From positions 1-39,256 of the forward strand of contig VFJJ01000191.1 in assembly GCA_009886115.1 (NCBI GenBank): a DNA stretch of 39,256 bases, in the 5' to 3' direction. Below are positions 9,176 through 17,615 of this stretch, piece by piece (within the stretch, counting starts at the first letter, position 1; every line of letters starts with the position of its first letter). The notes below the pieces were generated by a model. The model had not been told where the DNA came from, ran no database searches, and saw only the letters and a program-made list of their open reading frames with translations. The stretch is from Actinomycetota bacterium. Its GTDB lineage: Bacteria > Actinomycetota > Acidimicrobiia > IMCC26256 > VFJJ01. A program made the position numbers and the translations under genes.

Positions 9176-10006
9176 TCAACGCCAGGGCGCGCCGTACTGG
9201 GCCTCGCGTGCTGCCTTCATGCCGGCCATGCCTTCGGCGTCGAGTATGGCTCGGAAGCTCCGGCCGTCGGGAGCCGTCGCCCGTTCGCTGTTGGCCAGCG
9301 TGATCGAGTCGTGCGCCGCAGCGACGATTCGTGACGCGGCGTCTCCGGCCGCGTCGCATGCGGCGTCGATGGCTCGCTTGTTGAGCAGCGTGGCCTCCCG
9401 AGGCATCCGAGCGATGCGCCCAGCAAGGTCACGCGCTCGGTCGAGGAGCTGGTCGTCATCGACCACGGCCAGAACCAGGCCGAGCTCGGCAGCGGTCTCG
9501 GCGTCGATGAGCTCGCCGGTGAGGATCAGGAACTTGGCCCACTGACGGCCGACGATCGGGGCCACCGAGGCGCCGCCCACAAGTCCGATGCGGCCTTCGG
9601 GGAGGCCCATTCGGGTGCTCCGGGCTGCGATCACGAGGTCGCAACTCGTGGCGAGCAGCAGCCCGGCACCCACGCACACGCCATGCACCGCCGCGACAAC
9701 CGGAACGCGGGCGTCGCGGACGCGCCGGTGGAACCCGTCGGCGCCGGCGACGAAGGCCTCGTGCTCGAAGGCGTGCTCCCGCTTGGCGTTGCCGGTGATG
9801 TCGCCGCCGGACGAGAAACCCTTGCCCGCACCTCGCAACAGCACGCAGCCGACGGTCGGATCGGCCTCGGCCTCGGCCAGCGCGTGAACGATCTGTTCAC
9901 GGGTGCCCCCCGGTCCGGCCGAGATGGCGTTGAGCACGGCGGGCCGGTCGAGCACGATCTCGGCGATCCCGTCATGGGTTTCGTAGGTGAGGTGATGTGA
10001 TTCCAT
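9176..10006 (-). CDS. Enoyl-CoA hydratase/isomerase family protein
   Basis: LDRPAVLNA, GFSSGGDI, PVVAAVHGVCVGAG, GLPEGRIG. Confidence 0.9.
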   Translation of the reverse strand: MESHHLTYETHDGIAEIVLDRPAVLNAISAGPGGTREQIVHALAEAEADPTVGCVLLRGAGKGFSSGGDITGNAKREHAFEHEAFVAGADGFHRRVRDARVPVVAAVHGVCVGAGLLLATSCDLVIAARSTRMGLPEGRIGLVGGASVAPIVGRQWAKFLILTGELIDAETAAELGLVLAVVDDDQLLDRARDLAGRIARMPREATLLNKRAIDAACDAAGDAASRIVAAAHDSITLANSERATAPDGRSFRAILDAEGMAGMKAAREAQYGAPWR

Positions 10007-10093
10007 GGCGACTTCTCGACCTTTCGTGCTCGACCCGACCTAGCGTGTCGGCGCGTGGTGAGCCCACGAGCCGACTGAGATCGAGGACCGCCG

Positions 10094-11344
10094 ATGACCG
10101 CCCAAGTCTGTCCGGTCGAGCACCGCGTGCCGTGGCTGGAGCCTGAGTTCCTGCTCGAACCCTTTCCCACCTTGGCCGAGATCCGGGCTGAGACCCCGCT
10201 CTTCTTCGACCCCGACCTGGGCCACATCGTCGTCACCCGCTACGCCGACATCGAGAGGATCCTCCTCGACCGGACGACGTTCGCCGCGGCGAACGCGTCG
10301 TCGCCCATCTGGCCCCCGTGCGAGGCGGCGCAGCAGGTGTTGGCGCTCGAGGGCTACAAGCGGGTGCCCACGCTGAACAACGCCGATCCGCCCCGGCACG
10401 GCCCCATGCGCAAGGCGGTCTTCACGTGCATGAGCCCTCGGCGTCTGCGCCAACTCGAGCCTGAGCTGCGCGACCACACCCGCCATCTCGTCGAGCACCT
10501 GGTGACCCTGCCCCGGTGCGACCTGGTGGCCGAGCTCACGTACCCCCTCCCAGCGCACGCCGGCCTGGGGCTGCTCGGAATCCCCGAGGCCGATCACGAG
10601 CAGATCAAGCGCTGGGGCGCCAAGCGGGTGCTGCTCACCTACGGGCATCTCGCCGAGGACGAGCAGGTGGAGGTGGCCCACAACGTCACCGCGTTCTGGC
10701 GCTACGTCGAGCAGTTCGTGGCCGCCAAGAACGCCGATCGCGGCGACGACTTCACCAGCGATCTGCTGCGCCGCCACGACACCCTGCCCGACGAGGTCAC
10801 CATCGACGACATCGTGAACATCACGTATGCCATGGCGCTGGCGGGCCACGATTCCACGACCAACGCCCTCTCGTCGGGCCTGCGGCGCCTGCTCGGTCGC
10901 CGCGATCAGTGGGACGCCATCTGTGCCGATCCGGCGCTCATCCCCAAAGCCGTCGAGGAGTGCCTGCGCTTCGACCCGCCCGTCATGGGCCACCGACGCA
11001 TCACCACGACCGACACCGAGATCGCCGGCATCCACGTCGCCGCCGGCACCAAGCTCGTGATGCTGTTCGGTTCGGCGCATCGCGACGCCGAGCACTTCCC
11101 CGATGCCGACCGGTTCGACGTGCGCCGAGAGAACGCCGACGAGCACCTCACGTTCGGCAAGGGAGTGCACTTCTGCCTCGGGGCGCCCTTGGCCCGCTTG
11201 GAGTTCGAGCTCGTGCTCGAGCTGCTCACCGAGCTTGCGCCGGGGATGCGCCTCGTCGATCCCCAGCCCTTCCCGTACCAGGCCAACGTGATGTGGCGCT
11301 CGCTCGAGCAGCTGCTCGTCGAGCCCGGAGTCGTCGCTCCATGA
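10094..11344 (+). CDS. Cytochrome P450
   Basis: DPPRHGPMRK, I-helix ALAGHDSTT, K-helix EECLR, heme motif FGKGVHFCLG. Confidence 0.96.
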   Translation: MTAQVCPVEHRVPWLEPEFLLEPFPTLAEIRAETPLFFDPDLGHIVVTRYADIERILLDRTTFAAANASSPIWPPCEAAQQVLALEGYKRVPTLNNADPPRHGPMRKAVFTCMSPRRLRQLEPELRDHTRHLVEHLVTLPRCDLVAELTYPLPAHAGLGLLGIPEADHEQIKRWGAKRVLLTYGHLAEDEQVEVAHNVTAFWRYVEQFVAAKNADRGDDFTSDLLRRHDTLPDEVTIDDIVNITYAMALAGHDSTTNALSSGLRRLLGRRDQWDAICADPALIPKAVEECLRFDPPVMGHRRITTTDTEIAGIHVAAGTKLVMLFGSAHRDAEHFPDADRFDVRRENADEHLTFGKGVHFCLGAPLARLEFELVLELLTELAPGMRLVDPQPFPYQANVMWRSLEQLLVEPGVVAP

Positions 11345-12450
11345 CCGACGGTCCCCCGGGGCCCGGTTGCGGTGGTGCCGGCCTCCCGAGCCCTCCCGGG
11401 CCCGGGCGCGGTGCCGAGTGCCTCGGGGCCTACGTGCTGCCGGGCGGGGTCACCGACCCCACGGCGGTGGTCGGGCAGGCCCATGCGGCAGAGGCTCTCG
11501 GGCTGGGAACGGTCTGGATCGGCGAGCGCTACGACACGAAGGACCTCCCGTCGCTCGCCGGCGCGCTCACCCAGGTCACCACGAGGGTGCGCATCGGGGC
11601 CGGGATCACCCATACGGGGCTTCGTCATCCGATGGTGCTGGCCTCGATGGGCCAGACGCTGCAGGCGCTCTCGGGCGGACGGTTCGCGCTCGGGCTGGGC
11701 CGGTCGGCCTCGTGGCGCTGGACCAACTACGGCGCGCCCGAGCCCACCCTGGCGATCATGGGCGACACGGCGCTCATCCTGCGGCGACTGTGGGCCGGCG
11801 AGACCGTCGACTACGACGGCCCGGCGGGACGGTTCCCGTCACTGCGACTCGCGCAGCGGGCCGCGGTCCCCCCGCCGCCGGTGCTGCTGGCCGCGATCGG
11901 GCCCCGCACCTTGGCCCTGGCGGGGCAGGCGTTCGACGGTGCGATCCTCCATCCCTTTCTCACGCCCGACGGCGTCGCTCGCTCGGTCGCCCTCGTTCGC
12001 GATGCGGCCATCGCACACGGGCGCGATCCCGATGCGATCCGTTGTTACGCGACGGTCGTCGTGGCCCCCGACCGGACCCCGGGCGACGAGGATCTGGCCG
12101 TGGGCGCCCGGGCGGCCGGTTATCTCCAGCTCCCGGGGCTGGGCGACGCCCTCGCCGCCGCCAATCGTTGGCCGGCTGACGATCTGGCCCGCTACCGCAG
12201 CCATCCCACGCTGGTGGCCCTCGGCGGACGCTCGGCCGACAAGGCCCTCCCTCGTTCCGAGCTCATCGAGCTCTCACGCACGCTGCCCAGGCACTGGCTG
12301 CCGTCGTCGTCGGCTGTGGGATCGGCTGCTACGTGCGCGTCGCGGCTGCACGAGTACCTCGACGCGGGTGCCGACGAGCTGGTGTTGCACGGCAGCACCG
12401 CCGAGCACCTCGCCGGTCTCGTCGAGGCGTTCACCGGGAGCAGGTCGTGA
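11341..12450 (+). CDS. LLM-class probable F420-dependent oxidoreductase (resembles TIGR03857/MSMEG_2249 family)
   Basis: AYVLPG, WIGERYDTKD, RHPMVLASMGQTLQALSGGRFALGLGR, LAAIGPRTLALAG..FDG.ILHPFLT, YLDAGADELVLHG. ATGA overlap with the P450 stop. Confidence 0.85.
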   Translation: MTDGPPGPGCGGAGLPSPPGPGRGAECLGAYVLPGGVTDPTAVVGQAHAAEALGLGTVWIGERYDTKDLPSLAGALTQVTTRVRIGAGITHTGLRHPMVLASMGQTLQALSGGRFALGLGRSASWRWTNYGAPEPTLAIMGDTALILRRLWAGETVDYDGPAGRFPSLRLAQRAAVPPPPVLLAAIGPRTLALAGQAFDGAILHPFLTPDGVARSVALVRDAAIAHGRDPDAIRCYATVVVAPDRTPGDEDLAVGARAAGYLQLPGLGDALAAANRWPADDLARYRSHPTLVALGGRSADKALPRSELIELSRTLPRHWLPSSSAVGSAATCASRLHEYLDAGADELVLHGSTAEHLAGLVEAFTGSRS

Positions 12451-13661
12451 GTGTCGGCGCCGGCGTCGATGCAGGCGGCGGATCGTCCGAGTGCCGGCGT
12501 GCCGCTCTCGAACGCTGGGTCGCGGCCCGGCTCGAGCCCGTCGCTCTCGGCGGGGTCCGCGATCTCACGGTGTCGTTCGTCGACGAGCGGATCGGCGGCC
12601 AGTCGAACGAGACGGTCCTGTTCGGCGTCCGGTGGAGCGACGCCGAGGGCCAGCGTGACGCCAGGCTGGTGCTGCGCCTGCAACCGTCGGCGCGGACCCA
12701 GATCTTCGAGCATCCCGATGCGGTACGCGAGTCGAGGGTGCTCGATGCACTCGCTCGCCAGTCGACCGTCCCCGTGCCTCGGGTGTGGTGGGCCGAGGCC
12801 GACCCGAGCATCCTGGGCGTGCCGTTCTTCGTGATGAGTGAGGTCGTCGGCCGGGTGCCGCTGGCCAAGCCGTCGGTCCACACCAACGGCTGGCTGCCGA
12901 CGCTCACGCCTTTGCAGCGACGCCGTGTGAGCGACACGGGTATCGAGGCGCTCGCTGCCATCCACCGCGTCGACTGGCGGTCGCCGCTGGCGTTCCTCGT
13001 CGACCCGCTGGGCGCTCCGCCGGGGGTTGCCGGCGAGCTCGAACGGCTCACGCGCTACTACCGGTGGGTCGTCGACGGCCGGCCGTACCCGGTGACCGAC
13101 GCCGCGTTGGCCTGGCTGGCCGAGCGGGCGCCAGCCGTGGCCGAGCGGGCCGGCGATCCGGTTCTGGTGTGGGGCGATGCTCGGATCGGCAACGTGATCT
13201 ACGACGGGCCCGGCGATGCCGGCGACGATGTGAGCGTGGCGGCCGTCATCGACTGGGAGCTGGCGACGATCGGTCCCGCGGGCGTCGATCTCGGCCACTG
13301 GTCGTTCATGGACGCCTTCCACGCCGAGGCTGCCGGCATCGAGCGTCTCGACGGGTACCCGAGCGGCGAGGAGGTCGTCGCCCGCTACGAGAGCGCGGTG
13401 GGCCGGAGCCTGCCCGACCTCGACTGGTTCGAGATCCGCTCGGCACTGTTCATGGCCGCGACGATCATCCGTCAGGCCGACCTGCGCATCGCCCGGGGCG
13501 AGCAGCGGGCCGACACCGACATGGGACATGGCAACCTCTGCACCCGCTACATCGCCGAGCGACTCGGCCTCGCCGTCCCCGAGCTCTCGCAGGACTGGAT
13601 CGCCCACCGCCGCGTGCCGGCCCCCTCGTCGCCCACGGCAACCGTCGAGGAACGTCTCTAA
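12447..13661 (+). CDS. APH/choline-kinase-like phosphotransferase (ACAD10/11 kinase- or LvaA-like)
   Basis: GGQSNET, LVLRLQP, PFFVMSEVVG, VWGDARIGNVI, VIDWE. GTGA overlap with the LLM stop. Confidence 0.88.
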   Translation: MSVGAGVDAGGGSSECRRAALERWVAARLEPVALGGVRDLTVSFVDERIGGQSNETVLFGVRWSDAEGQRDARLVLRLQPSARTQIFEHPDAVRESRVLDALARQSTVPVPRVWWAEADPSILGVPFFVMSEVVGRVPLAKPSVHTNGWLPTLTPLQRRRVSDTGIEALAAIHRVDWRSPLAFLVDPLGAPPGVAGELERLTRYYRWVVDGRPYPVTDAALAWLAERAPAVAERAGDPVLVWGDARIGNVIYDGPGDAGDDVSVAAVIDWELATIGPAGVDLGHWSFMDAFHAEAAGIERLDGYPSGEEVVARYESAVGRSLPDLDWFEIRSALFMAATIIRQADLRIARGEQRADTDMGHGNLCTRYIAERLGLAVPELSQDWIAHRRVPAPSSPTATVEERL

Positions 13662-13724
13662 CATTCATGCCCCCGGGGCGCCAAGAGAGATCGTCGCGCC
13701 CCCGACGAGAGACACGAGATCACG

Positions 13725-14474
13725 ATGAGGCTCGCGGGCAAGGTGGCACTGGTGACCGGCTCGACCCGGGGGATCGGTCGGTCGATCTGCGAGATGTTCG
13801 CTCGGGAGGGCGCCCGGGTCGCCGTCACCGGCCGCACCGTCGAACGGGGCCAGAAGGTCGTGGCCCGCATCCGCGATGCGGGCGGCGACGCCGAGTTCAT
13901 CCGTCTGGATGTGACCGATGAGCAGAGCGTCCACGACTGCGTCGAGGCCACCGTCGCCCGCTTCGGCACGCTCACCACGCTCATCAACAACGCGGCACCC
14001 ACCGACATCGTGAGCACCACCATCAAGCGGCTCGTCGACTACACGACCGACGAGTGGAACTCGATCATCCTCGGGGCCCTCACCGGCAACGTCTTCTGGA
14101 CCACGAAGTACGCCGTTCCGCACCTCGAAGCAGCGGGCGGCGGTTCGATCGTCAACATCTCGTCGGGCCAGTCGATCGTCGGCATCTCGGGCTTCGCTGC
14201 ATACGCTGCGGCCAAGGGCGGCATGAACTCCATCACGCGCAGCATCGCCGTCGAGGAGGCCCCCCGTAACATCCGCTGCAACGCCATCGTTGTCGGACGG
14301 GTCGTAGCCAAGGGCGACACCGGCGCCGGCATCTCACCCGGGCATCTCACCCGCCTCGGCGTGCCCGACGACATCGCCTACACCGCCACCTACCTGGCTG
14401 CCGACGAGTCGGCCTTCGTCACCGGCTCGATCATCACCGCCGACGGCGGCTTCACCATCAACGGCGAGCACTGA
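13725..14474 (+). CDS. SDR family oxidoreductase
   Basis: VTGSTRGIG, NNAA, GGSIVNISS, YAAAK, FVTGSIITADGG. Confidence 0.93.
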   Translation: MRLAGKVALVTGSTRGIGRSICEMFAREGARVAVTGRTVERGQKVVARIRDAGGDAEFIRLDVTDEQSVHDCVEATVARFGTLTTLINNAAPTDIVSTTIKRLVDYTTDEWNSIILGALTGNVFWTTKYAVPHLEAAGGGSIVNISSGQSIVGISGFAAYAAAKGGMNSITRSIAVEEAPRNIRCNAIVVGRVVAKGDTGAGISPGHLTRLGVPDDIAYTATYLAADESAFVTGSIITADGGFTINGEH

Positions 14475-14577
14475 CGCTCGTAGGACTGCCGGGTCGGAGT
14501 CGCGTTCGAGCCTCAGGGCGGTCCCTTCGGGAACGTATGGATTCGCTCTGCTTTATCTCGAAAAGGCTGCCGGTTAC

Positions 14578-14599
14578 TGTCGTACCTATCTGGTATCAT
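14578..14599 (+). promoter_or_regulatory. Putative RecA-NDp (PafBC-type) DNA-damage promoter for the HNH gene
   Basis: TGTCG(14578-82)-11 nt-TATCAT(14594-99) fits the spacing of the actinobacterial tTGTCRgtg-N8-TAnnnT consensus. ATG lies 8 nt downstream with no RBS. Confidence 0.55.
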
Positions 14600-14607
14600 T
14601 AACATTG

Positions 14608-15843
14608 ATGAACACGACGGTATTTGATGGGTGTGAGGTTGATGACCTGGCCGAGGCAATCGGTCAGCTCCGGGCGCTCATGACGGTGATTCATGCCCAG
14701 TTGATCGACGTGGTAGGCGTGTTCCAAGAACGTGAAGGCCACACGATCGATGCCATGCCGGACGCCGCCACCTGGCTCGCCGCCCGATCCAACCTCGCTC
14801 TGCCTACCGCCCGCCGCGAAGCCGACATCGCCACCCGAGCCCCAGCCATCCCTGCGCTGATGCACGCGTGGCGCAGCGGACGGATCTCCTGGGACCAACT
14901 CCTCGTCCTGGCCCCCGTCGCCACACCTGAGACCGATACCGAGCTCGCCGAGCAGGCACCCGGCTGGACCTATCACTCCACGGTCGTCAACGCCCGCGCC
15001 CTCAAACCTGTCAGTGCCGAAGAAGCACTCGAACAACACCGTGAACGGTTCGTGCAACTCGTCCGCCGACACGACTCGACACTCCGAATCCGGGGACTCC
15101 TCTCAGGCGACCAAGGCGCGATCGTCGAAGCCGCACTCAACCGTCTCGCCGACAGCCTCCCCGAAGAAGGCCGCCTCGAAGGTGGCGAGCCTGCCCGTCG
15201 TGGAGCCCGCATGGCCGACGCGCTCGTCGCCATGTGCGAAGCCCATCCCGAGGTCCTCGCCCAGAACCCCGCCCGACCTCTCGTCGTCGTCCACATCGAC
15301 GTCGAACCCTTCACCCACCACGACAACAGCGACTCAGGCGGTCACGGTCACAGGCCCGCGGCGGCCAAGCCCACCACCATCGGGGCTGGTTGGACCATCA
15401 CCAACGACACCGCCCGCCGACTCGCATGCGACTGCCGGTGGCAGATCATCGCCGACGACCCCAACGGCCAGCCCGTCGGGATCAGCCGCGATTCACGCCG
15501 TATCCCACCCTGGCTCGCCCGAGTCGTCGCCCGCCGCGACCAACACCGATGCCGATGGCCCCGCTGCGACCGCACCGCCTGGCTCGAACTCCACCACATC
15601 ATCCACTGGGCCAACGACGGCCTCACCAACGAGAACAACCTCATTACCATGTGCTGGCACCACCACCACATGCTCCACGAAGGCCACTGGACCATGTCGA
15701 TCAATAAGTCGACTCGTGATATCACCATCACCCGACCAGATGGCCGAACCTACACACCACCGACCGAACCCGACCAGCTCTCCGAACACACCCGAACCTG
15801 GCTCACCCAACTCACCGACTCGCCACCCACTGGCGGTGGGTGA
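14608..15843 (+). CDS. DUF222-domain HNH endonuclease (13E12 repeat family-like)
   Basis: C-terminal RRLACDC...RRDQHRCRWPRC...LHHIIHWANDGLTNENNLITMCWHHHHMLH (Zn-HNH); N-terminal WLAAR...GRISWDQ and R.ADALVAMC typical of DUF222. Start at ATG 14608 or TTG 14605. Confidence 0.9.
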   Translation: MNTTVFDGCEVDDLAEAIGQLRALMTVIHAQLIDVVGVFQEREGHTIDAMPDAATWLAARSNLALPTARREADIATRAPAIPALMHAWRSGRISWDQLLVLAPVATPETDTELAEQAPGWTYHSTVVNARALKPVSAEEALEQHRERFVQLVRRHDSTLRIRGLLSGDQGAIVEAALNRLADSLPEEGRLEGGEPARRGARMADALVAMCEAHPEVLAQNPARPLVVVHIDVEPFTHHDNSDSGGHGHRPAAAKPTTIGAGWTITNDTARRLACDCRWQIIADDPNGQPVGISRDSRRIPPWLARVVARRDQHRCRWPRCDRTAWLELHHIIHWANDGLTNENNLITMCWHHHHMLHEGHWTMSINKSTRDITITRPDGRTYTPPTEPDQLSEHTRTWLTQLTDSPPTGGG

Positions 15844-15853
15844 TCTGTCGGTG
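15813..15853 (+). terminator. Bulged stem-loop overlapping the HNH gene stop codon
   Basis: CACCGAC(15813-19) pairs with GTCGGTG(15847-53); inner CACCCAC(15824-30) pairs with GTGGGTG(15836-42). No U-tract, so terminator function is unproven. Confidence 0.4.
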
Positions 15854-15987
15854 GCCTCCGGATGCGCCGCCCTCCGTTGCCGTGAGCTGATCATGGGAAC
15901 TGGCCGCGGTCAACGACAGAGGGTCGGCCTCGGCCGGCATGTACGGCTCGGCGCGGGTAGGGGCTCCTCGCCGTAGCCTGTCCGCCC

Positions 15988-16677
15988 ATGCTGGTGAGCG
16001 ACGCGTGGGAGGAGCATGCGCACGACTGGATCCGTTGGGCCCGGAGCGCGCCGGGCGATGGATTTCGCGACGCGACGTGGCCTGAGCTCGCCCAGATGCT
16101 CCCGCCCCCGGACGGCCTGGTCGTCGACCTCGGCTGCGGGGAGGGTCGCCTCGGCCGAGAGCTCACGCCGCTCGGATATCACGTGGTGGGCCTCGACCGT
16201 TCGCCCACGCTGGCGCGAGCTGCCAGGGCGGCTGACCCGTCGATCGCCGTCGTGCTCGCCGACGCCGCGCACGTCCCGCTGCGCGATGGCTGCGCCCAGC
16301 TCGTCGTCGCCTGCATGTCGCTCCTCGACATGGACGACCTCGACAGCACACTCGGCGAGGCCAGCCGCGTTCTCGGTCCCCGAGGTGTCGTGTGCGCGGC
16401 GATCGTGCACCCGTTCGCCTCTGCGCAGGACGCGAACTTCACCGACGACGACCATCCACGGTTCACCGAGCGATACCTCGATGAACGCCGCACCGAGGTC
16501 GTCGCACGAAGCCACGGCGTCTCGATGACGTTCGTCAGCATGCACCGGCCCCTCGCCAGGTATGTCAGCGCCTTGGGGGCCAACGGTTTCGCCGTCGCCG
16601 CACTCCGCGAATACGGCACGGCCGCCATCCCTTGGCTGCTCGTCCTCCGCGCCGAGAAGCACGACCCTGGTGGGTGA
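15988..16677 (+). CDS. Class I SAM-dependent methyltransferase
   Basis: VVDLGCGEGR, VGLDRS, LADAAHVPL, RVLGPRG, HRPL..Y. TAGCCT 8 nt before the ATG suggests a leaderless mRNA. Confidence 0.9.
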   Translation: MLVSDAWEEHAHDWIRWARSAPGDGFRDATWPELAQMLPPPDGLVVDLGCGEGRLGRELTPLGYHVVGLDRSPTLARAARAADPSIAVVLADAAHVPLRDGCAQLVVACMSLLDMDDLDSTLGEASRVLGPRGVVCAAIVHPFASAQDANFTDDDHPRFTERYLDERRTEVVARSHGVSMTFVSMHRPLARYVSALGANGFAVAALREYGTAAIPWLLVLRAEKHDPGG

Positions 16678-16745
16678 ACCCAGCTCGGGCCAGGTGTGGG
16701 AATGGTTCCCGATCAGGTGGTCCGCAGCGTTGCCAGGAGCCCACG

Positions 16746-17540
16746 TCAGTCGAGGGGGATGCCGCCCATCTGGGCACCGCCGTCGGCCGAGAACACCTGA
16801 CCGGTCACGAACGAGGCGGCGTCGCTGGCCAGGAACAGCACGACCGATGCGATCTCGGACGGCTGGCCGACCCGCCGCAGGGGCATGCCCGCCGAGATCT
16901 CGGACGGATCGAGGTTGGCGGCCTTCCAGGCCTCGACGGCGTTCTCGGAGGCCACCAGGCCGACGGCGACGCAGTTCGACCTGATGTTGAAGCGTCCCCA
17001 TTCACCCGCCACGATCTGGGTGAACATCTGCAGCCCGGCCTTGGACGCACCGTAGGCGCTGCCGCCGAGCACACCCCTCACGCCGGCCGCCGACGAGATG
17101 TTCACGATGGCGCCCGTCCGTCGCTCGATCATGTGTCGGCCGACCTCGCGGGTGAGCAGGAACGGCCCCCGCGAGTTGAGCGAGAAGACGCTGTCCCACA
17201 CACGGGTGGGGGTGCTCTCGATGGGCATCATCCGGGTGCCGCCGGCGTTGTTGACGAGGATGTCGACCTGGCCGAGCTCGGCGATCGCCTGCTCGGCCAA
17301 GGCGATCACGTCGTCTTCGACCTTCACGTCGCAGCGGATCGGTACGCACCGCTGGCCCGTCTCGGCCGCCACGGCGACCGCGATCCGTTCGAGCGACTCC
17401 GGCGTGCGCCCGGCCAGCACCACCGACGCTCCGTGCTGGGCCAGGATGCGGACCGTCGCCGCGCCGATGCCCGTCCCGCCGCCGGTGACCAGTGCCACCC
17501 GTCCCGTGAGGTCGAACAGGGAACCGGGTGCGTCGGTCAT
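16746..17540 (-). CDS. SDR family oxidoreductase
   Basis: FDLTGRVALVTGGGTGIG, ILVNNAGG, YGASK, FLASDAASFVTGQ. Start at ATG 17540. Confidence 0.93.
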   Translation of the reverse strand: MTDAPGSLFDLTGRVALVTGGGTGIGAATVRILAQHGASVVLAGRTPESLERIAVAVAAETGQRCVPIRCDVKVEDDVIALAEQAIAELGQVDILVNNAGGTRMMPIESTPTRVWDSVFSLNSRGPFLLTREVGRHMIERRTGAIVNISSAAGVRGVLGGSAYGASKAGLQMFTQIVAGEWGRFNIRSNCVAVGLVASENAVEAWKAANLDPSEISAGMPLRRVGQPSEIASVVLFLASDAASFVTGQVFSADGGAQMGGIPLD

Positions 17541-17547
17541 GGCGGGC

Positions 17548-17608
17548 AGCGTAGCGACCGTCCCTGTTGGCCGTCGGCTGCGCCGGTCGCGGCCCCAACG
17601 TCTAGCGT
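17548..17608. promoter_or_regulatory. Back-to-back putative leaderless promoters (-10 boxes)
   Basis: Minus strand TACGCT(17553-48)-7 nt-ATG 17540; plus strand TAGCGT(17603-08)-7 nt-ATG 17616. No SD sequence on either side. Confidence 0.6.
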
Positions 17609-17615
17609 CGGCGCC

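Noticed and set aside
10516..11340. ORF-track N-terminal extensions (LLM from 10516; also WS/DGAT from 27881, amidohydrolase from 20879, thioesterase from 16632, SDR from 18098)
   Set aside because: The extensions overlap neighbouring real genes; internal starts have an RBS, a leaderless -10 box or a stop/start overlap. These are not true fusions.
12447..13661. APH-family gene as an aminoglycoside resistance determinant
   Set aside because: Its length, WGDAR motif and coupling within a catabolic operon fit the metabolic ACAD10/LvaA-like group.
15846..15867. Second TGTCGGTG (RecA-NDp-like) motif just after the HNH gene
   Set aside because: No TAnnnT at the required spacing (reads ATGCGC); better explained as the 3' arm of the hairpin.
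14475..15987. Target-site duplication or terminal inverted repeats around the HNH gene
   Set aside because: Only scattered 6-7-bp matches (gggaac, gggtcgg), expected by chance, so it is not annotated as an IS.
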